A stretch of DNA of 63,932 nt, counting the filler, from Parasitella parasitica NRRL 2501 (lineage: Eukaryota > Fungi > Mucoromycota), in assembly GCA_025201805.1 (NCBI GenBank). It is 4 parts of 4 records of this genome, joined end to end, with 100 filler letters (N's around TTAATTAATTAA, not from the genome) between each part and the next. Parts side by side here need not be neighbours in the genome. Positions count along the whole stretch, not along the records: positions 44,874 to 61,903 come from MU619446.1; positions 62,004 to 63,932 come from MU619323.1; 2 more parts are not named here. One strand, 5' to 3'. The notes under the pieces are model-generated. The model searched no databases, was not told the DNA's origin, and was given only the letters and a program-made list of their open reading frames with translations. A program made the position numbers and the translations under genes. Below, piece by piece: positions 52,506 to 63,932 of this stretch. Each line of letters starts with the position of its first letter. The stretch's first letter is position 1.

Positions 52506-55500
52506 ATGCAAAGAGACGTTTACAAGAAAGCGTTTACATTATAAGTATCTCATCGTTTTGGACGATTTAGCTCGCGTTTTACTGACATGACATTTCTCTC
52601 TCTCTTTACGAGTCATGAACGATTTGTACTTGAAGTAGACCCTAGCCAACGTTATATGAAGGTAAATTTGAATGGCATCTGTTGCGGGTTTTGGGAGGTT
52701 TTGACTAAACACACTGGGAATTTGTGTTGTTTGGATAGGGTTTAGCAGAGCTCACAGTACAACCATTGAACAACAAACTTGCAAACATTCGAATCAATTG
52801 TAGACAATGCAGTAAGTAGGCGTGGGTCTGATTTTTTACTTTTGACAACTTGTTTACATTGAAATCTATGGCAGAAATTGAAAAGGCTTTTGTCAACGAT
52901 ATACCAGTTGAATTCGAATACAACGATGCCGTAGCTGAACTCACACTGGGTGCTAATACATCCATTTCTCACCATCAAGTATACAAAAGCCGTTATATGA
53001 ATGCGCTTCGAGATGCAGATGAAGGAGAGCTGATTGTCAAACTACCAACTGATTGCATCAACCAGGTAAATTAAAAATGATTGCGTATATTGATAAAGTG
53101 TTTTGACACATCAAACAGGTGTCTGAAACGGAAGCTCAGACTATCAACAAAACTACACATTTCCTAAACTCTCAGGCTGGTAATATTGCAGTGTCTTTGA
53201 CAGATGGTGTTTCCGCTAATGTCATTACCGTAGAACCCAAACAACCAACAGTTGACGAACCAACAACAGCAGCAACGAATACTGCCAACACCACCACGAT
53301 TCCAGAAGACGCAGAACCCACTTACAACACAATTGTAATACGAATCGAGTACACGTTGGAGGACCCTCGTAATGGAGTTGTATATGTGCAGAAAGACGAC
53401 GAAATAGCGCCCTACCGATCGAACCATGTTTACACTGTAAATCAGCCCTTACCTGGTGCCACAAGGTCATGGCTGCCATGCATTGATCGCATATCAGAAC
53501 GTTGTACATGGGATATGGAGTTCATAGTGCCTCGAAAGAATGATGGAGCGCCGGTACCAGAGTACGACGGAGAAGGATCCTTTGATGAGGTTGACGGCAT
53601 CATGGTAGTGTGCAGTGGCGACATTATTGAACAAGTCATCCATCCAACAGACAACTCCAAGAAAATCGTACATTACAGTCTATCAGTGCCTACGCCCGCA
53701 CCCTTTATTGGATTTGCCATTGGACCTTTTGAAATGATCAAGCTATCACCGTCGCAACTGCAAGAAGAAGTCATGACAGCTGCCGACTTGGATGAAAACC
53801 AACAGCAGAGTTTGATGGCTGAAATCAACATGATGTCGAATATTTATGCTTTTGCATTGCCTGGGTTAGAGGAAGAACTGAGTGTTAGCTGCAGTTTTTT
53901 GATGCATGTAAGTGTAATTGAAGCTACAATTTTGGGCCTACGTAATAACCCCAGCTGTCAAAAAAAAAAAAGGCCATGCATTTTTATACGCAGGAATACG
54001 GATCTTATCCTTTTTCAGATTACAAGCTAGTCTTTGTAGAAGACACATGGGCCGATACAGCCTCGAGTGCTTCGCTGACGATATGCAGCTCTCGACTTCT
54101 TCATCCTGTAGAGATTATCGATCAGATATACAGCACTCGAAGGGAATTGAGTCAAGCGCTTGCACGGCAATGGTTTGGTATCTATATTGTTCAAAAGTCA
54201 TGGCCCGATACATGGCTTGTCCGTGGGCTAGCCAACCTCATGGGGTCCTTATTCATCAAGAGACATTTGGGTAATAACGAATATCGTTTAAGATTGAAAA
54301 AGGTAAACTTGACGACAGAGGATATAGCAGCAGTGTGTGTGTGTGTGTGTGTGTATGCGTGTGTGCTAAATCAATGTGTAGGATATGGAATTGTGTTGTA
54401 TGTTGGATGTCAATAGACCACCAGTGTACAACCCGGCTTTACCATACCCTCTTGATCCTGAGGATCTTGATTTCATCGAACTGAAGGCGCCTCTGGTGAT
54501 TTACATGTTGGACAAAAGAATGTGCAAAGGGGGAGGCACGCTGGGTCTATCGAGAGTGTTGCCCAAAATCCTCGTGTCGGCCATGAGTGGCGAATTGGCT
54601 CAAAATGCCATCAGTACGCACTATTTCCTTCGCCTCTGTCGGAAAGTCAGCGGTTTCGACACAAAAGTCTTTGCAGAGCAGTGGGTTTATCGTAGCGGAT
54701 GTCCCAAATTCTCCTTTTCGTTTTTGTTCAATCGTAAAAAGATGGTCGTTGAAATTTTCATGCGACAAGAGAATACAAACACTCCTCTGGCTATGGCTCA
54801 AGAACAATCAGGAGGTAGCACTGACGGCAGCACAGCCAACTATCAAGAGCTGATGGCGCCTCTTTTCACTGGCAATTTAACTGTTCGTATCCACGAAGCT
54901 GATGGCACGCCTTACGAGCACATCCTCGATATCCAATCTATCGAACACAAATTCGAAGTGCAATTCAATACAAAGTACAAGCGTATTCGCAGAAACACCA
55001 AACGTTTCCTAGCCAAACAAGCTGCTGCTGCTGCTGCCGTCGCCGAAGAGGAGCAAGAGAATGAGGATGGCGGAGATGGCACTACTGTGCTGGGCATCAT
55101 CCCTAGTTTAGGTCTTGGTATGCCTATATTTGAAGACCCGGCACAAAAAAAGGACTGGAAGGTGGTCGAATGGGGCCAGGACGAAGAAGACACAAGCGGT
55201 GCTGCAAGTGCCATGTTTGACTGGATCCGCTTGGATGCTGAATTCGAGTGGCTCTGTATTTGCGACTTTATGCAGCCCGACTACATGTGGGCCGCGCAGT
55301 TGACAAAGGATCGCGATGTTGTCGCTCAGCATGAAGCTATCGACGCTCTCAAGCACATGCCCTCGTTGCCTACGTCAACTAGTTTGCTACGCGCTGTATT
55401 GGACCCTAAATGCTTTTACAAGATCCGTATGGAAGCTACTTATGGGTTGGCGTCGTGTGCCAAGGCTAACCTCAACTGGGTTGGCTTGCATCAGCTCAAT

Positions 55501-58500
55501 AAGATGTTCAACAAGAGATATTGCTTCCCTGTCAGCAGCCTTACGCAGCTGCACAAGAAGCAAGACGACCTGCCCATCACTAATTCGATTCCCAAGCCAA
55601 ACAACTTTTCAAACCTTCCAGACTACTTTATTCAAAAGGCTTCCGTCGTTGCATTTTCGCAGATCCGCGATGACCGCGGCTTAACACCCGTCAGAATTCG
55701 CCAGTTTCTGCTGGATCTCTTAAAGTACAACGACAACATTGGAAACGAGTTCTCTGACTGCTACTACGTGGCTACACTGGTTTCCACTTTGGGCGATTCT
55801 CTGATTCCTGCGTCAGACAAACCAAATGCCATCGACATGGATGACTTGGAAGGCCAGCAAGTTACTGCTGCTGCCAAGGCTGAAATCGAGCGTTTCCGCA
55901 CCTTGGACTATGTAATACCCACCTACCACAACATCATTACCGTAACGTGTCTGCGCACAATGACAAAATTGATGCTGAAAGGCCTGCTACCTGTGAACAT
56001 CCCTATGTTTATGCAATATACAAGATATGGGAACTACCTAGAGGTTCGCTTGGCTGCCATCGATAGTCTCTTCATTCTTTGCGGTCTCTCTGATCATACG
56101 CTAAATCAATATCTGTTGGATGTTGTCAAGCAAGATCCCTGCGTCTTTGTATCTCACTATGTAGCTCGTGCCATGTTGGCGTGGTTAGGCCTTGCAATGA
56201 GAGAAAGCACTGATTTGCCTGCCATTACCAATCGATTTGTAGAGGAATTCGCTGAAGAAGAGGGAAGAGTAGTGATTGATGATGAGCGTGGACCTATGGA
56301 GAAGACGCCGCAGCAGCAATTCCAAGCATCCATTGAAAGCCTAAGAAAGAGATTTGAAAACGACCACCATCTTCAGCAAACCTTGTGGAATCTCCTCAAG
56401 TAAGTTGATTTACAGTACTACGTTGAGATTGACGCTAGAAAATGCTTTGTCTATAGTTCTTCCGAAAATACAAAGTTGGATCATTGCATCAGAAAATATC
56501 TGCTTCAGTTCTGCGAATACATGTTTAAGCCTATTGATGTTGGCCTCAAAGTTACCATTCGCGTTCCAACCTTGCCACCCGTAAGCTCTTTTTTTATTAT
56601 TATTATTATTATTTCTTTACATCCACTGACTAGTACATCTTGGTACCATTAGATACACGATATGGAAGAAGACACTTCAGAGCCTTCTACGCCTACATCA
56701 TCCTCGACACCTATTATACGTCTCAATAAGCCCAAGCCAAAAGCCGAAGACAGTAAGTCATACATGTAAATCCAAATCTTTGGCATTGTGCTTGAAATAA
56801 CTCGTCGCATTAGAACCAGTAAAAACACACAAAAAGGCCAACAGTATACAGATAAAGACCGAATCCCTGTCTCAAGAGGCGGTTCCAGACACAGTGGCAC
56901 CTTCTGCTACAACAACAGCAGCAGCTACATTGCCTGTCACTATTGACACGAGCTCGCCTATGGCTGTCGTTGAGCCTACTGTGGCTATTCCATTTGAGCC
57001 TAGCAAGCACACTCCATCGCCGCCCCCACCTCCGCCTCCATCAAAGCACAAGCACAAAAAAGTCGACAGTGCAACAGCAGAAGAGCTCAAAAAGTGCAGA
57101 CGCGTTTTCAATAAGCTCAACAAATCTCGTGCAGCTCTGCCTTTTACTATGCCTGTAGATGAAGCTTTGGATAGTGCGCCCGGTTATTACGCCATGATAA
57201 CGCAAGTATCTCTAAAACATACATGTATATATGTATATGTGTATATATGTATGTAAATATATATATCCCTACTAAACTGACCGGCAATTTTGTAACAGTA
57301 AACCCATGGACTTGGGCCAAATCAAACGCAAGGTGGAAAATAAGGAATACAAGCTGTTCAGTCAGTTTGAGGACGATGTTCGTTTGATGCTGAGCAACTG
57401 CTTCAAATACAATAGTCCTGGTACGTTTGTTTATAACGAGGGTATGGAGCTCGAGGCCACGTTTGAAAAGGAATTGGCCAATCTGCGTGGAAGAGCTGAT
57501 GAAGAGGCTCAAAACATGACGATTATTGAAAGTCCAGCCACTACGCCTCGCACAGTACATGCTACGCTTCCCTCCTCTTCATTGTCCACATCTACAACAA
57601 TGCCACCTACTCTAGCACAGCCTTCTTCTCTCGTTATGAAACCGCCCAAGCCTGCCAAAACGAAATCACTCAACGCTGCCGTGGCCTCTGCATCCTCTGT
57701 TTCGTCTTTGCCTTCTGAAGACGCCCTTTCTGTTTCTACTTTACCCTCACCCAGAGACACTGTAAAGTCTCCTGTCCAAGGGAAGAAATCAATGACACCA
57801 GTGGATGCTCATGAGTCAAGCCCAAAGTCCAAATCGCTAATTTCAAAAGAGCCCAAATCGAATTACGATCAATATAGCCGAATGACCGAAATGGAAAAAA
57901 TGTCTGCTGTGCTCAACAAAACCATGAGCAGCGATCATGCCTACGAGTTTTTGCGACCTGTTGATCCTGTCAAGCAGGGAATCCCTCAGTATGCAAAAAT
58001 CATAAAAACACCCATGGATCTTGGCACCATCAAGTCTCGACTGGTGAACCACCAGTACATCAATGCTCAGGGAATGGATAACGATATGCGTTTAATGTTC
58101 AGAAACTGCTATACCTTCAACCCGCCTAGTACTTACGTATATGACAAAGCAAAGCATCTGGAAGATGATTATAATAGAGTGTGGAAGACTTACTTTGGAT
58201 CAAGTGTTCGCCACGAGTCTACAGATAACAAGAGGCCTAGAGAAAAGCATGCTACCCCCCCTGTGAGTCACCCGGTTGCTTCTACAAGTAGTGCCATGCC
58301 CACGATCAAAATAAAGGCGCCTCAGGATAAGAGCAGCACTGCCTTACCATTGTCTGCTAAACCTGTCAAAGCACCAAAACGTCCCAAGACACACCCTGCC
58401 CCTTCAGATGTTGCTGCTACTGCTGAACCCACCACACCTAAAGAGGCATATCATGATTACAGCAATGCCCCAGTGTCTCCTTCCGTCGGCTCGAGTGGAA

Positions 58501-60425
58501 CTAGTCATGGCCCCGTCAGTGAAAAGACCTCGAAACCAAAAGCTGCTTCCATCAATCCTGCAATGACAGAAAGTAATCAGAAGCGCTGTGAGCGTATCTT
58601 CAAGAAAGTGTACTCGCACCAAGCGTCTCAGCCGTTTTACGAACCTGTGGACGCAATTGCTCTCAACATTCCGCAGTATTATGAGGTGATAAAACGCCCC
58701 ATGGATCTGTCTGCCATCCGCAAAAAGCTGGATCAAGACAAATATCAAACCATCTGGGAATTCGAAACGGATATTCGACAAATATTCTGGAACTGCAACG
58801 CATTCAATGATCATGAGTCGTGGGTAGCCAAGCAGTGCGCTGCGTTGGAGACCTTTTTCAATCAAATTTGGTCTGCTGAATTCGCACATCCGAATGCTCT
58901 CAAGGGAGAAGACAAGAAGCTGGCAAAGAAAGTAATTGACAAACTCACGCTGCACGATCAAGCTGCTTTGTTTAACGAGCCTGTGGATCTAGAGTCGTTG
59001 CCCAACTATGGTCTTGTGGTAAAACATCCCATGGACCTCCGCACTATATGGGAGAAGCTCGAAAGTGGGAAATATACCAGCCTCAAGGCCGTGGATCAAG
59101 ATGTGCGCTTGGTTTTCAAAAACTGTTTCACTTACAACGCTCCAGGCACATTTGGAAGCGATGCGGGCAAAAAGCTGGAAAAGTATTATCAAAACATAAG
59201 CAAGGAGATGAGAAACCGTATTGCCGCTAGCAGTGATGGAGCACCGTCAACCGCCAACCCACCTCAAAAGCGCACTCATTCCTCGTCACCTGCTCCTCCC
59301 AAACTAACCAGTTCTAGCTCACCAACTACGACAGAATTGCCTGCCGCTAAAAAAGCCAAGGTTGTACATACCAAGCCAGCCATAGCCACTGTTCCACCTC
59401 CTGGTGTAGCGGAACCTATGGATATTGAGCCAACTGCAGCAGCCAGATCCCCTTCTGCTGTAAGGTCGCCTTCTGTTAGCAAGGCTTCTCCTGCTTCAAA
59501 GCCATCGCTACATACCGTATCTCCTTCCACATCGTCGCCTGTTCGATCACTTCCAAACGACTCAGCTGCAAATTTGCACCCGTCTTTGAAAGCTAAAATG
59601 GAATCTCTTGTACATAAATTGATGAATCGCAAGGAGTCGTATGGATTCCACACCCCCGTAAGTTGATATCGCCCGCTGTCTTGAAAATAACAATTCGTAT
59701 TTATAAATTAAAATTAGGTCGATCCCGTTGCGCTCAACATTCCCCACTACCCCGCGATCATCAAGCAACCCATGGACTTTGGTACTGTGTTGAAGAAAAT
59801 TAGCCAAGGCCAGTACAAGACTGTGAAAGAATTCGAAAGCGATATGCGCCTTATCTTTACAAACTGCTATACATTCAATGGATTCGATCACATTTTATCA
59901 CAAAATGCGAAAACTTTGGAGCACACCCTCAACAAGGAAGGGCCAAATTTACGACGAAAAGAAGAGCAGTTGAGATCTGCATCGACATCGTCCAACCATG
60001 GCGCAGCCATTCCCAAAGCAATGTCACCCAACGAAGCTGAGCTTCGTAAATATGCCGCTGTGTTTGATAAACTTCAAGTACATACTGCCTACTATCCGTT
60101 TGCAGCTCCTGTCGATGCCGTTTTGCTTGGTATTCCTACTTACCATGATATTATTCGAAAACCAATGGATTTTGGAACAATTCGCACTAGATACAACAAT
60201 GGGGGTTATGACAATGCCAACCAAATTTTGCGAGATGTCAAATTGGTGTTTTACAACTGCTACTTGTTCAATTTACCTGATGATGTTGTCACAACGATGG
60301 GCCGTGAACTTCAAACAGAGTTCAACAGATTGAGCAAAGCAAGAGGACTTCGCACAATCAGCGTAGATGACACGGCAAGAGAGGCGGAGGAGGCCAAACT
60401 CGATACTCTTAATCTGATCATGTAA
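52506..60425 (+). CDS. TAF2: TFIID subunit 2 fused to six C-terminal bromodomains
   Basis: Aminopeptidase-like TAF2 body (RSWLPCID...CTW, IGFAIGPF, YGSYPF..YKLVFV, LTVRIHEADGTPYEH, WIRLDAEFEW, DRDVVAQHEA). Exons splice in frame through 56400-57300 into six PMDL/PMDF...NCxx[YF]N bromodomains. Confidence 0.9.
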
Positions 60426-61903
60426 AAGCAACTTTGTAATTTGGTCCCCATAATTGTATACAATTATCCTACTAGTCGAATAAAAATCATTTTTGGACAT
60501 TGTATCCATTCTTGTACAAATCGCTTGTTTTCGCTCACTGTCAATGTTGTACACCTGTANNNNNNNNNNNNNNNNNNNNNNNNNNNNNNNNNNNNNNNNN
60601 NNNNNNNNNNNNNNNNNNNNNNNNNNNNNNNNNNNNNNNNNNNNNNNNNNNNNNNNNNNNNNNNTTCAAGATTTTTAAAGACCCTGCTGTGAAGTTGCAT
60701 TTTTGGTACAGGATGCTTGCTTTTCTTTAAAGCCACATGAACTATCATGTATCATTTCTGTTGGTTTTCTGACACCTATTAAGTTCTATGATGAATTGTG
60801 ATTTTATCAAATTGAAAAATTTTCCAAATTAAAACCGTTGTGAATGTTTAGGATATAGATCAAACCTTAGCGGTAATGTATTATACCCTGTATAATACAT
60901 CATAAAGCGAGCTTGAGCAGAAATGCCTAGTAGAATGAAATGACTTTATCGAGACGTGGCAAAGAGACATGAGTGGTGTAATTGAATGGCTGATCTTTAT
61001 CCTAGTAAGATTGGTGATGTCCTATGACATTTTTTGGTTCCTGACATTGGTGTCAAATCCTGATGATATGTTTTTTCACCAAAAGCTACTATGAAGGACA
61101 TGCTATCCTTTATACAGTACGTATCTGTGCTCTTGTCTTGCTGGTAATTCGGAAACTCTCCTAGGGATTCGTTCAAGGCGTACTCAATTATTTCTCATCC
61201 TAGACCATGGTCCTGTTGCTGCGGCACTGTCAAACAACTATAAATACCTTCAAAATCTACACTAATTTAAATCCTCATTCAATCTTGGAATAGCAAAAAT
61301 GAAGATATATTTAGTTCTAATTGCATTTTTTTCTGTCTCTATTTCGTTATTCTAAACAAGAAATCAATCAGGTGAAGATCTCGTTTATTACATGGAAAAC
61401 ATGATGGTTTATATACTAGTGAATCTAAGTAGACTGATGGGGCGGGGGATAAGGTGTAAGTGCGAGACATAAGGTGTGGTTTAGAGAATGGGACGATAGA
61501 TTGTATCTATTGTCTATGAACATGTCATGTAGAGTTATAATAAAGGAACATGACTTATTGGGATATATGTTCCTGGATTGTGTGTTCAGAATTGAGTTTA
61601 CTTGATTTTGACTTCCGGTTGGGAAATTGACACATCAGTAATATTGTGGACGATGATGGGATTGATGAAAGCATTATTACTTTAAAGTACATTATATTAT
61701 GTTCGTTGTGAACCAGCTCTACGTTTCAATATAAGTACTCGCATTATGATTGTCTCTGTACAAATAAAGTGAGAAGGTTATGATGTATTTATTATGTTTT
61801 TTTAACTTTATATTCCTCGTAATATTTGTTATGCGCAGAGGAAATAAATATGATCTGCTCAAAAAAATGTATAACTTTATAAAAATAAAATCAGACACAA
61901 AAA

Positions 61904-62003
61904 NNNNNNNNNNNNNNNNNNNNNNNNNNNNNNNNNNNNNNNNNNNNTTAATTAATTAANNNNNNNNNNNNNNNNNNNNNNNNNNNNNNNNNNNNNNNNN
62001 NNN
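61904..62003. other. Artificial scaffold linker
   Basis: 44N-TTAATTAATTAA-44N. Confidence 0.95.
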
Positions 62004-63932
62004 GATGATCATGCCTGTTCTTATGGCGCATAAGACAGTGTTTGTTTTGGTGTTTATCGAAGCCTATCATCGATTATATGCAATTCTGATATGAGAATTT
62101 ATGATATCATGGGATAACTTTATAGATATCAATGAAAACATGGATGCCAATGTTGTTGCCAGATAGCGCCAAGTCAACGCTAAGTTTTCCAAGTTAGATC
62201 TCGGTTCTACGGTCATTTTAGCCAAAGTTATGAGCCAAGAAGTGATATTTATGATAAATTATGAAAAATAAAACTGTTTTTGCAGATAACTTTTGATAAA
62301 GATATATCTCACTATATTTTCGTGTTTTTCCTATATAGTATGATATACGGTGGCATTGAACTTGGGATCCGATCATAGACAGGTCGCCATAACAACTGAA
62401 TTGAGATATTTTTACGGTGACCATAATTATTCCATGGATGGAATATTAATATTATACAAAACATTCCAAAATTATTAACTCAATTTTTATAGAATAAATT
62501 GTGATAATGAACCTTGGGTTCGCTCAGGAACGGTTGCTATGACAACTGAGTGGTAACCATGGAATTCTATTGTTATAACAAATATACTTGGAACAGTAAA
62601 ATATCATTTATTCCGAAAACTCGCAGCCTCGTAGAGTGAGATGAACCCCGCTTAAACAACGGTCAATTTTTACCGTAACGTAGCGAAGATGCAAAAATCA
62701 CTAAAGCGGCTTCGTTTTTTGATAAAGTTGTGGCATTTAAAGTTGAAGTTCAAAAACCCACAGTTAGTTTCCGATCAACCAGATAGTATGCATCAGTACT
62801 ATACTGGTAGAGAGTGTGCGTTAAGCTAATTATTTGATCTACCCATTGATTAGTTTTCTTGTTTAAATAATCAGGGCACTTTTAGCTGTCAAAAGAAAGC
62901 AACCGTAATTTTTAAATGCAAAGCAACAAGGATAGCCCCATAAACAGATTGCAATGGTCATTGCCTCTAGCAGTATAAGTAAGCATCGCCTTCCAAGTTA
63001 CCTAATCATGCTATATGCAAATCCAACAATAATTATCTGGGGGTAAGACCATGAACACTATCAACTGATCGTCTCACACAGAGCTAGTTTCTGTTTCTAA
63101 TCAAATACGCTATGCTGATCACGTACTTAATTAGAAGTGCTCTGGTTATAAGGAATTTTTTATTACTATTTTTTTACATTTTCATGCAATATAATAATAA
63201 TAATTCTTGGAGCTGTCGCTCTTGGTAAAATTCTGGGGCCCAGTTTTAGAGCTTTTTTTTTAATCTAAATCTGCTCTGACCACAAAAGCCCACTTCAGTG
63301 CTGCATTAAAGCAGATGACATACAATCATTCCCGCTGAAATAAAGGATGTCGTTATGTATATGGTGCAGATTATGGGTCTATCTTGTATTCTGTATGATT
63401 AAGATAGTAGACAAAAAAGGTTGAAGCTAGTAAAACCATGTTGGAAGGATTTGGTCAAATGGAGGTACGTGGAATCCAGTTGCAGTCATTTAATTGTTTC
63501 AGATCTAGCATGTTAAATTATTTGCTTTTCTGTATTTAATTCTCTTTTGTCGATGAAAAACAATATAGAAGCAATGCTTACGGAGTATAGTAGAAGACCT
63601 AGCCATGACATCTCCAACCTCAAGAGAGGAAGGAAAAAGAGTAACTATAATAAAATGTTAGTATTGATATAAATATTCTCCCGTGATTCCTTATCCCAAT
63701 GAAAAATACAACGATAATGAAAAACACAATAACAATTCCGAAGAATTTGATGAAAAGTAAGGATCAATTCTTATTCAATTTTCTATAGTTTGCTCTTATT
63801 AATGTGTCAATGCTAATGATTATGTTCAAATAAAATAATCACGTTCAATTGCCAAATTTTGGTTTAAATGCGAGACAAGTTAACCTCGCACAAAACATTA
63901 CTTCACTGGTTTTTTTTTTTTTTTTTTTTTTT

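Noticed and set aside
62004-63932. Possible genes in the last scaffold piece
   Set aside because: Only short ORFs with no recognisable motifs; no tRNA or rRNA pattern seen.

Overview
Intron-rich fungal genomic DNA. Gene content, short GT-AG introns and transposon families point to Mucoromycota/Mucorales (inference). The window is not one contiguous molecule: three identical 100-nt spacers (44N-TTAATTAATTAA-44N at 23253-23352, 44774-44873, 61904-62003) join four scaffolds. Housekeeping genes occupy 0.4-10.2 kb (DAP1-like, F-box/LRR, MMT1/2-like CDF, DDX41 fragment, steroid 5-alpha-reductase, Myb-repeat protein, SEC4, LSM7) and 37.5-60.4 kb (HMG-box factor, HEM4, CYP450, MTM1-like carrier, NSA2, SWA2/auxilin, NDUFS6, TAF2). 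Between them is a ~25 kb transposon graveyard. It holds a decayed Fanzor/TnpB-like RuvC nuclease with a hairpin-rich 3' flank (candidate omegaRNA), Ty3/Gypsy remnants, three LTR families (two with 5-bp TSDs), two copies of a C2H2 + CACTA/Plavaka-like transposase each hit by the same LTR family, a Helitron RepHel and a LINE tail. A Tc1/mariner lies at 43-44.7 kb. The main highlights are the Fanzor relic and a TAF2 fused to six bromodomains whose reading frame appears to need an AT-AC intron and a GC-AG intron. All calls come from manual reading and translation; no searches were run.
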